Position numbers and translations under genes: made by a program | Part shown: positions 8,330 to 14,908 of the stretch, one piece after another | Layout: each line of letters opens with the position of its first letter | Numbering within the stretch: the first letter of the stretch is position 1 | Notes under the pieces: generated by a model | The model's input: the letters and a program-made list of their open reading frames with translations, nothing else | The model's database searches: none | What the model was told of the DNA's origin: nothing | DNA from: Fibrobacteria bacterium | GTDB taxonomy: Bacteria > Fibrobacterota > Chitinivibrionia > Chitinivibrionales > FEN-1185 | NCBI GenBank assembly: GCA_037447435.1 | Contig: JBBIGR010000015.1 | Coordinates: forward strand, 85,314-100,221 | Length of the DNA: 14,908 nucleotides | Direction of reading: 5' to 3'

Positions 8330-9193
8330 CTACCGGTCGTTGTCCTTAGACATGCGAAGTATAAGTGAAACCTGATCGGCGCTGATATGCAGGCGCCGCG
8401 AAATTTCCAAAACATCGCAGCCTTCGCGTGCCGCAGCCATGACCCGTTGTTTCATATCGTCATTGTCCTGCGACGTCAAAGGCTCTTCGATCGCGTCGTG
8501 AACCGTTTCCAAAACAGGCTCCAAACGGGGCTCGCTCGTTTGCCGGATCGGAGTTTTCTCGATGCGCTTTCGTAAAACCTCCATTGCTCCTTCTTTTTCT
8601 TCGGCATGGCCGCTTTGCACTTTAGGGATTTTCCCATACGCCTCGCTTGCATACGAACGGGGAAAAATTTCCTGCAATGTTTTCGGAGGAAGCGCGGGCT
8701 TTTTTTTCTTCCTTAAACCCTTTGTCAATAATCCGAAAATCCCGACTAAAAGCACCATTCCCGATACTACGGCAATAAACCCGATCACGATTACCATCCA
8801 ATCGAACATGGATTTTGGCCGGATTTTTTGTAAAAAAGCCTGAACGTCGAACGGTTGGCGTTCCGAAGCATGCATTTGCGGATTGATGCCGGCAACCGCA
8901 TTTGATTTGGGCATTTGTTTTTTGAGGACCGCAACGGAGTCTTTAATGGTCTCGGCAACTTTTTCAAGGTCGGTCATTGCCTCGCCTTTTCTTTTGCGAA
9001 GCTGTTTCTCAAGGTCTATGGAATCGAGCCTTTGAATGAGGGCGCTTTTACGGGCAGCCAGTGAATTGTCTGAATCGGCGGCGGCAGACGGCGCAATCAT
9101 CACCAGCGAAAACCATATGCAAAAAACAGCATACGGAATTTTTAGATATCCGGTATTGCCGACGGATTTTACCTTATTATTCTTGCAAAACAC
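8330..9193 (-). CDS. Membrane protein with signal peptide, coiled coil, one TM helix and C-terminal HTH-like domain (SwrB/DUF6115-like)
   Basis: GTG start at 9193 with SD AAGGAG 6 nt upstream. TM segment WMVIVIGFIAVVSGMVLLVGIFGLL followed by RKKKK. C-terminus QRVMAAAREGCDVLEISRRLHISADQVSLIL. Confidence 0.7.
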   Translation of the reverse strand: MFCKNNKVKSVGNTGYLKIPYAVFCIWFSLVMIAPSAAADSDNSLAARKSALIQRLDSIDLEKQLRKRKGEAMTDLEKVAETIKDSVAVLKKQMPKSNAVAGINPQMHASERQPFDVQAFLQKIRPKSMFDWMVIVIGFIAVVSGMVLLVGIFGLLTKGLRKKKKPALPPKTLQEIFPRSYASEAYGKIPKVQSGHAEEKEGAMEVLRKRIEKTPIRQTSEPRLEPVLETVHDAIEEPLTSQDNDDMKQRVMAAAREGCDVLEISRRLHISADQVSLILRMSKDNDR

Positions 9194-9301
9194 TACACTC
9201 TCCTTTGGGTACCTGTTCGTACTTATAAGATACATTTGGAACGAGGCGTTATAAAACAGGCATGTGACCGGGTTTTATTTTTATAGATATTTTATACATA
9301 G

Positions 9302-9330
9302 TTGCTAATCATCATAATAGATTGTATATT
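9302..9330 (+). promoter_or_regulatory. Putative sigma70 promoter for the FHA-phosphoesterase operon
   Basis: TTGCTA (9302-9307), 17-nt spacer, TATATT (9325-9330), with AT-rich sequence upstream. Confidence 0.55.
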
Positions 9331-9360
9331 TTTTTATTATACGATTACGAGTTCGCGGAC

Positions 9361-9443
9361 GCCGGGTCGTCGCTTCCCTCTTCGCTATTGCTTCGAGGGA
9401 CACCGTTATTATTATCCACGCAAAAGCGCCGACAATGGTACCG
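9361..9443. other. GC-rich structured element (nested inverted repeats) in an AT-rich divergent intergenic region
   Basis: Inner stem TCCCTC (9375-9380) / GAGGGA (9395-9400). Outer stem GTCGTCGCTT (9366-9375) / AAGCGCCGAC (9424-9433), 9 of 10 paired. Confidence 0.45.
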
Positions 9444-9487
9444 AGGTTTACGGAGTATATATTTTTTTCATATAGACGCCATTACCT

Positions 9488-10207
9488 ATGATAAAATTTA
9501 TTGTATTTTTCAATGACGAACTTGTCAAGACCTACGAGCTTGATGAAATCGTCGTCACTATCGGCCGATTACCCGAAAACGCCATTTGCATATCCAATAT
9601 GGGCATATCGCGGCGTCATGCCAAAATAGAACGCGACACGAACAGTTCATATACCATTACCGATCTCAATTCGCTTAACGGCACTTTTCTGAATAATTCT
9701 AAAATCAAGAAAGCGATCCTGACGAGCGGCGATAAAATAACCATCGGCAAATATACCATCCTGTTCGAGGATCTCGACAGAAAAGACAATGGTCTCAAGA
9801 CGACACAGCAAAAAAAAGACGATACAACCATAACCACATCTTCATTTGTCGAAGAAATGATGCCCTTCGAGCCATCGACCCGGGAACAAACAACGGTATC
9901 AACGTCTTCGGAATCGGTGAATGCAAACGCCGTGCTCATCGAAATCAACAAGCATGTTATTTATAAACTGGATAAAGCCCTGGTGACTCTGGGGGATTCG
10001 GAAAACGACGATATATTCGTTTCGGGCTTCCTTGTCGATGAAGGCCATGTGCTTATCGAAAGGACCGGCGCGGATTTATGGATAAAGTCCCAAAAGTTGC
10101 TCGGACAATTCAAAGTAAACGGCAAAAAAACGAAAAACCACAAATTAAAACATAAGGACCGCATCGAAATCGGGTCCAGCACCTTCCGCTATATGGAAAA
10201 CGGATAA
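9488..10207 (+). CDS. Protein with two FHA domains
   Basis: FHA1: TIGRLPEN...ISRRHAKI...DLNSLNGTFLN...GDKITIGKY. FHA2: VTLGDSENDDI...FKVNGKK...KDRIEIGSSTFRY. Confidence 0.9.
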   Translation: MIKFIVFFNDELVKTYELDEIVVTIGRLPENAICISNMGISRRHAKIERDTNSSYTITDLNSLNGTFLNNSKIKKAILTSGDKITIGKYTILFEDLDRKDNGLKTTQQKKDDTTITTSSFVEEMMPFEPSTREQTTVSTSSESVNANAVLIEINKHVIYKLDKALVTLGDSENDDIFVSGFLVDEGHVLIERTGADLWIKSQKLLGQFKVNGKKTKNHKLKHKDRIEIGSSTFRYMENG

Positions 10208-10209
10208 CA

Positions 10210-10944
10210 ATGAAACTTGCACTTATTTCCGATATTCATGCAAATATCGAAGCCTTAGAAGCTGTCATTGCCGATGCGAAAGCAAGTTCGGTTGATGAAA
10301 TTTTGTGCTTTGGCGATATTGTCGGCTATGGCGCAAACCCCAACGAATGCATTGATCTTATAAAAAAATCATGCTCGCTAATTCTGTTGGGCAATCACGA
10401 TGCGGCCGCGGTAGGCCAGCTTTCTACTCAGCATTTCAATATCCATGCGAAAATCGCGATTGAATGGACAACCGAAAACCTTACCGCCGCTTCCCACGAT
10501 TTTTTAAAGTCTTTGCCTTTAAAAGAAACGAAATTTTCACACACGTTTGTCCATGCAACGCCGTACGAACCGAATATGTGGTATTATATCACTTCGCTGG
10601 AGGAAGCCGCGTTCAATTTCCAGTTTTTCGATACGGATTTCTGTTTTGTCGGGCATACGCATATTCCCATCATCATCGTGCTCGAAGACGAAAAAGAAGT
10701 TTATGTTCACCAAGGAGAAACGCTGCACTGGGGCCATCTCGAAAATGTCAGGTTCCTCATCAATGTCGGCAGCGTCGGACAACCCCGTGACCGAAATTCA
10801 AAATCATGCTACGGCATTCTCGACACCGATGCGAAAACCTTTACCTATCACCGGGTGCAATACGACGTTGCAAAGGCACAGGCAAAGATGCGCAAAATAA
10901 AAATGCCCGATTTTCTGATTACCCGTCTCGAGGAAGGCCGTTGA
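10210..10944 (+). CDS. Calcineurin-like metallophosphoesterase (YfcE/MJ0912-like family)
   Basis: Motifs SDIHAN, GDIVGYG, GNHD, VHATP, FVGHTH and NVGSVGQPRD. Confidence 0.93.
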   Translation: MKLALISDIHANIEALEAVIADAKASSVDEILCFGDIVGYGANPNECIDLIKKSCSLILLGNHDAAAVGQLSTQHFNIHAKIAIEWTTENLTAASHDFLKSLPLKETKFSHTFVHATPYEPNMWYYITSLEEAAFNFQFFDTDFCFVGHTHIPIIIVLEDEKEVYVHQGETLHWGHLENVRFLINVGSVGQPRDRNSKSCYGILDTDAKTFTYHRVQYDVAKAQAKMRKIKMPDFLITRLEEGR

Positions 10945-11028
10945 TTTTTCATCGGTTGTAATATCGGCCCTCATCGCTTCGTATTCCTATATAACGCACT
11001 TTTTCAGCCCTTTTGCGGGAGAAGTACC

Positions 11029-12756
11029 ATGAAAATGATTCGCTTTACCGTATGGTTCATTGCGGGGTTTCTTCTTTTTTTCCATTGTGCCTCACCGAAA
11101 AACCCGCCGACAAACCCGTCTGATGCCAATATAATCATCGATTCGTCGCTTAAATCCGTACGCGATTCCATCAAAGCGGCAACGGTAGTGCAATGCACTG
11201 TTTCGGTGTTTTTACCCAATTTGGTCGACAGTTTTTTCGTGACGCTTGATAAAACAGGGTACGATACGACCATCGCAAGCGGCAAAGTTACCCAGGACAT
11301 CGTGACGTTTCAATTGGCTCCGCAATCCACGGGGACATTCAAGCTGTCTGTAGTCATCGTCAAAGCCGACGGGTCACGGGACTCACTTGTCAAAGACATT
11401 ACCGTGTTCGTTTTGGCGCCCATTGTCGGATGCGATTCCCTTTCCTTCCACGCGCCGCTTTCGGCCGACTCCTTTACATTCAAGTTTACAGTGACGGATC
11501 CGGACAGTAATATGCGTTTTGCCTATATCTTGATAGATACCGCATTCGGCCCGACACAAACCACCTCGTTTTTATCTCTGAAACCGTTCAAGGAAACCGT
11601 TTCGCGTACCATTAAAGGCAACACATTTAAGTCTGCGCTGTCTGCGCCCCTTGTGTGCCAGGCATACGCATTGGATGCCGACAGCCTGTTTTCCAATATC
11701 GCCTCATGCACCCTCCATGTGTTCGATACCACGAAACCGTCGATCACGCTTTTGGAACCCGACACTTCGGCCACCATAACCAGCCTGCCGAAACGGATAA
11801 AGGCAATAATATCCGATTTGGCCGGTATCGCCAGCGCTACGTTCAACGGGTCGAGCATGGTGTTTTCCCACGATACGGCGACCTATGAGGCATCGACAAT
11901 CGATTCGGGAAAAAGCATCGATTCGATTGTCGCATTCGACAAACCGGGATACAAGGACTCGGTTGGCAATAAAACTGTTCTTAGGTTCGGCCTTACCTAT
12001 TCGGGAAAGAAATCGTTTCCGCCCAAAATCAAGGAACTGACGAGGGCAACTACGGAAGGCCGCTCTTTCGGCTCGCTGTTTCTGGACACCTGCGTGGTGC
12101 TCACCGATACGTCGATAAAAGATCCCGTTTCCTTCAAGAAAGATTCGCTTTCATGGATCATTACCGACAGTACGGGAGGAACCATCGCGGTTCCCGGCAC
12201 GCATATTGTTCCGCTTCCCTTCCCCACGGACACGGAATGGACGGGGATTTTCCGCTTGACATTCAAGGTGTTTTCTGCAAACAGCCCCGCGTTATTTGAT
12301 GTCAAGCAGCCCGCGTTTTTCGTTACCGAAGTGTATGATCCGCCCCGTATCACGGTAAACGGTTTCATATGCAGTACAAAACCCCATTCCGACACCATGT
12401 ATCTCGATGCGAATACCACGGTGAGCGCCGTGGACGACAAATTATCGAGCCTGAATTGGAGTTTTAAAAACGGTAAACATTTCAAGGTGGACTCGCTCTA
12501 TTCGTCTTTGAGAGGATTGCCTAAAAAGGCGGAAACCCAAACAGGCCCCATAATCGTGAGCGGCGGAATCAGCCCGATTTTCGGATCCTATTTTAACCGG
12601 CATATCGTCATTTCGCCGATCACGGTCGCGGATTCCGGGTATTACGGTTACGACACCCTGCTTTTTTCCGTCAAATCGGCCCAAGGCGCCGATTCGAAGC
12701 AGATCATTTTTTCACATGCGACAAATTGTCATCTCATATATATTCCCGGGCCGTAA
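11029..12756 (+). CDS. Large lipoprotein with beta-rich, probably Ig/cadherin-like domains
   Basis: SD GGAG. MKMIRFTVWFIAGFLLFFHC has a lipobox-like Cys20. Contains FTVTDPD, VFDTTKPSITLL and VTEVYDPPRI type domain-boundary motifs. Confidence 0.75.
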   Translation: MKMIRFTVWFIAGFLLFFHCASPKNPPTNPSDANIIIDSSLKSVRDSIKAATVVQCTVSVFLPNLVDSFFVTLDKTGYDTTIASGKVTQDIVTFQLAPQSTGTFKLSVVIVKADGSRDSLVKDITVFVLAPIVGCDSLSFHAPLSADSFTFKFTVTDPDSNMRFAYILIDTAFGPTQTTSFLSLKPFKETVSRTIKGNTFKSALSAPLVCQAYALDADSLFSNIASCTLHVFDTTKPSITLLEPDTSATITSLPKRIKAIISDLAGIASATFNGSSMVFSHDTATYEASTIDSGKSIDSIVAFDKPGYKDSVGNKTVLRFGLTYSGKKSFPPKIKELTRATTEGRSFGSLFLDTCVVLTDTSIKDPVSFKKDSLSWIITDSTGGTIAVPGTHIVPLPFPTDTEWTGIFRLTFKVFSANSPALFDVKQPAFFVTEVYDPPRITVNGFICSTKPHSDTMYLDANTTVSAVDDKLSSLNWSFKNGKHFKVDSLYSSLRGLPKKAETQTGPIIVSGGISPIFGSYFNRHIVISPITVADSGYYGYDTLLFSVKSAQGADSKQIIFSHATNCHLIYIPGP

Positions 12757-12778
12757 GCAGAGGGGTACCGGCAGAAAT

Positions 12779-12815
12779 AAAAAAGGCCGTCCTTTGCAAA
12801 GGTCGGCCTTTTTTT
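12779..12815. terminator. Bidirectional Rho-independent terminator
   Basis: AAAAAAGGCCGTCCTTTGCAAAGGTCGGCCTTTTTTT between convergent genes: a GC stem flanked by A and T tracts. Confidence 0.9.
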
Positions 12816-12836
12816 ATGTATTGAAAGAAACCCGCG

Positions 12837-13148
12837 TTAAGCCGGCACATTCTTTTTAAGCAATGTTTCGGTAATCACGGACTTGAATTCATTGCTGTAT
12901 TTGAAAAGCGGGACAACGCGTTTGTGAAGCGGCACCACGTCCCCGGTTTTGGGATTGCGCGCGGGCCGGGGTTTTCTTACCTTTGTATAAAAAGTGCCGA
13001 AACCGCGAAGCTCTATGTTTTTTCCCGTTTCAAGGTTCTTCGCAATGGTCTCAAGGAGTTCCTCGACAACGATCTTGGTGTCGGCCTGGGTAAGGCCCGT
13101 TGTTTTGGATACGTCAACGATAAGATCGTGTTTGGTCGTATTGGACAT
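12837..13148 (-). CDS. Integration host factor / HU family DNA-binding protein
   Basis: TKHDLI...IELRGFGTF...RPARNPKTGDVV...PLFK. Start at ATG 13148 after SD AGGAGG. Confidence 0.95.
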   Translation of the reverse strand: MSNTTKHDLIVDVSKTTGLTQADTKIVVEELLETIAKNLETGKNIELRGFGTFYTKVRKPRPARNPKTGDVVPLHKRVVPLFKYSNEFKSVITETLLKKNVPA

Positions 13149-13197
13149 CAAATCCTCCTGGCAATCATCTGTTTCATCGACAATATATTGCACCATA

Positions 13198-13226
13198 AAT
13201 ATCGGATGGCGGGACAAAAAAGTCAA
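13198..13226 (-). promoter_or_regulatory. Putative sigma70 promoter for the IHF/HU gene
   Basis: Minus strand TTGACT (13226-13221), 17-nt spacer, GATATT (13203-13198). Confidence 0.4.
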
Positions 13227-13263
13227 GTGAAAATTATTTAACCAAGCCGTTTTCGCCGTCCGA

Positions 13264-14829
13264 TTATTGCTGCCCGGTCATGGCTATTTTGAATTTCGTC
13301 AAATCGGCAAAATAATCACCGACAACCGCCGATCTGACCCGCCTAACACCTCGGGCTTTCGTCTTGGAACAAAAACAGTTTTCGAAGCGGCGCACGAAAT
13401 CGGAGTTTTCCCGTGCAAACGGCGTTTTCTTCCCCGGCGGACGGCGATGTCCGAGACTGTAACGCAACCCGGCGGTTTGCATTGGAAACGAGTTCAACAA
13501 TTCCATTTTTGCAACAGGCCTCGCCAGGCAACGTTCGATGATTTCTGCTTGGGAAACCATGTCGAGACAGCCGAAATCAATGGCATTTTTTTTACAATAG
13601 GCGGTTTTAAATTTCCGAAAAAAAGACTCCCAGGATACGGTGATGCCGCGCCATTGAGAAAGAGGCTTTAACAATTCAAAATACCGTTTTGCGATCCGTT
13701 CGGTCGAAACCCATGCAACCGGCACCCACAGGTTTTCGTACAGCAATCGCGCATACCCTATTTCGCGCTCGTTAATGCCCTGCGGCCGGCGGCCGACGAG
13801 GGGTTTACCGTGACGCACGCTTTCAGTAAGAGAATACCCGAACCCTTCGGCGACCGACGTGCTCAACACCGCATCGCAGCAGGCATAAACCAGATCGTCT
13901 GCGTCGGACCGTGCAAACGCGCTATTGGTGTCGAACAGTACTGGCAACGAATGCCCGGCACAAAGCTTTTTACAAAGCGCGAGGAGCCGCGCATTTGCAG
14001 CCGACGCGCCGCGCACGGAACCCAGTAATAAATTGGCCTCGGTAAACACCGCAGCGACGAGAATCGCTTCGAGCGGATTTTTCCGGACGGCAATCCGCGT
14101 CGGACAGGCAAGAAACGGACGTCCGGCCAAAAAAGAAACTCCGTCTTTTTTGGCCTGTCGATGCAATTGCGATATCGCTTCAGCCTTACGTATGCGCATT
14201 TTGGGGCGAATTTGCCCTGGCGGATTCTTTAAAAGCAACACGGCGCAGCCCGCGTTTTGCAATACCTTCCTATTCCTGCCGTTTATGGCCACATACCTGA
14301 AATTGGGAGCCGAAAAATACAAATCGTTTCGGATGTCGTGCCCGAGCTCTTCGAGCGATTGTATCTGCAAAAGCTGCGAAGTCCTGCCTTCTTCGGCAAA
14401 ATCGTGTACAACAGAGAAAAACCTGATATCGTCGCGGAGGCCGTTGCATTGCCGGACAACACGCGAAAACGCCGACGAAAGCGCGCAATTTTTTCCCAAG
14501 GTCATGTTATGCGCGACAACGGTCACGGGGCCGGGCACGTTTTTACCGGTAATGACGGCAAGCAAGGCGGCCCGGATTGCGTCCCTCGTTTTCGCGTAGC
14601 TTTTTCCCGTGCGGAAACCGCGATACCCCATTTCTTTACAAACATGGATTTTCGCAGCCGGTACGGTTTGTAAATCGCCCCCTTCGCCGCAGACGAACAC
14701 GATCGCATGACGGGAACCTTTGTTAATTTCTCCGAATGCCCGCGCATACCCGCGCATCACCGCAGTCACACCGCACGGCCTCAGGTGATAGTGGATTTGC
14801 ACAAGCGTGCCGCCGCCGACGCATTTCAT
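13264..14829 (-). CDS. GT-B fold glycosyltransferase (GT4-like)
   Basis: HYHLRPCGVTAVM, HNMTLGKN, HDFAEEGR, PTRIAVRKNPLEA and STSVAEGFGYSLTE (E-x7-E-type donor-binding motif). Confidence 0.85.
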   Translation of the reverse strand: MKCVGGGTLVQIHYHLRPCGVTAVMRGYARAFGEINKGSRHAIVFVCGEGGDLQTVPAAKIHVCKEMGYRGFRTGKSYAKTRDAIRAALLAVITGKNVPGPVTVVAHNMTLGKNCALSSAFSRVVRQCNGLRDDIRFFSVVHDFAEEGRTSQLLQIQSLEELGHDIRNDLYFSAPNFRYVAINGRNRKVLQNAGCAVLLLKNPPGQIRPKMRIRKAEAISQLHRQAKKDGVSFLAGRPFLACPTRIAVRKNPLEAILVAAVFTEANLLLGSVRGASAANARLLALCKKLCAGHSLPVLFDTNSAFARSDADDLVYACCDAVLSTSVAEGFGYSLTESVRHGKPLVGRRPQGINEREIGYARLLYENLWVPVAWVSTERIAKRYFELLKPLSQWRGITVSWESFFRKFKTAYCKKNAIDFGCLDMVSQAEIIERCLARPVAKMELLNSFPMQTAGLRYSLGHRRPPGKKTPFARENSDFVRRFENCFCSKTKARGVRRVRSAVVGDYFADLTKFKIAMTGQQ

Positions 14830-14908
14830 TCTTTTTTCCCCTGCCTGGGGTGAAAACTCCTATGCACTTCGCGCAAATATTCCCTGTCCACATGCGTGTA
14901 GATCTCCG
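14826..14908 (-). CDS. xerD: 3' end of a XerD/XerC-type tyrosine recombinase (partial)
   Basis: Absent from the ORF track. Manual translation gives EIYTHVDREYLREVHRSFHPRQGKKE*, with the catalytic Tyr in IYTHV and the HPR tail typical of XerC/D. The TGA stop overlaps the GT4 ATG. XerD versus XerC cannot be settled from 26 residues. Confidence 0.8.
   Translation of the reverse strand, partial: EIYTHVDREYLREVHRSFHPRQGKKE

Noticed and set aside
6006..8375. Many long plus-strand ORFs antisense to the fliK-like gene, and similar ones opposite the CE4, lipoprotein and GT4 genes
   Set aside because: These are shadow ORFs with no recognisable motifs, expected from codon bias on the coding strand.
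9194..9300. Sigma28 or sigma54 promoter for the flagellar accessory operon
   Set aside because: I found no TAAA-N15-GCCGATAA or TGGCAC-N5-TTGC with correct spacing.
9305..9335. Possible dif site, given the nearby xerD
   Set aside because: CATAA is not followed by N6-TTATGTTAAA, so there is no XerD arm.
9292..9420. DnaA-box-like 9-mers (TTATACATA, TTATCCACG) beside an AT-rich tract, suggesting oriC
   Set aside because: Only two imperfect boxes are present, with no dnaA/dnaN/gidA context. Divergent promoters explain the AT richness.
14826..14908. Integron integrase or prophage integrase
   Set aside because: The tail LREVHRSFHPR is XerC/D-like, and I saw no attC array, att repeats or phage genes.

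Overview
Gene-dense bacterial chromosomal window, probably from a flagellated Fibrobacterota-type organism (Chitinivibrionales/Chitinispirillaceae-like). That assignment is inferred from a T9SS-like C-terminal domain occurring together with flagellar export accessories. The minus-strand block, in transcription order, holds a SwrB/DUF6115-like membrane protein, an 830-aa FliK-like protein, a stand-alone FlhB C-terminal protein, a secreted CE4 chitin-deacetylase-like enzyme, an exported hypothetical protein, a small hypothetical protein, a partner-switching cassette (RsbW-like kinase, STAS-HATPase fusion, STAS protein) and a PrsA/SurA-like exported protein that runs off the left edge. The divergent plus-strand block holds a double-FHA protein, a metallophosphoesterase and a large lipoprotein, ending at a bidirectional terminator. 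At the right end, on the minus strand, lie the 3' end of a XerD-like recombinase, a GT4 glycosyltransferase and an IHF/HU protein. I saw no rRNA, tRNA, CRISPR array or IS element. The most notable signals are strong D-S/T (Bacteroidota-type O-glycosylation sequon) enrichment in exported proteins, a GC-rich structured leader with a coupled uORF before the FHA operon, a STAS fusion with a degenerate kinase G1 box, and an orphan flagellar switch operon.
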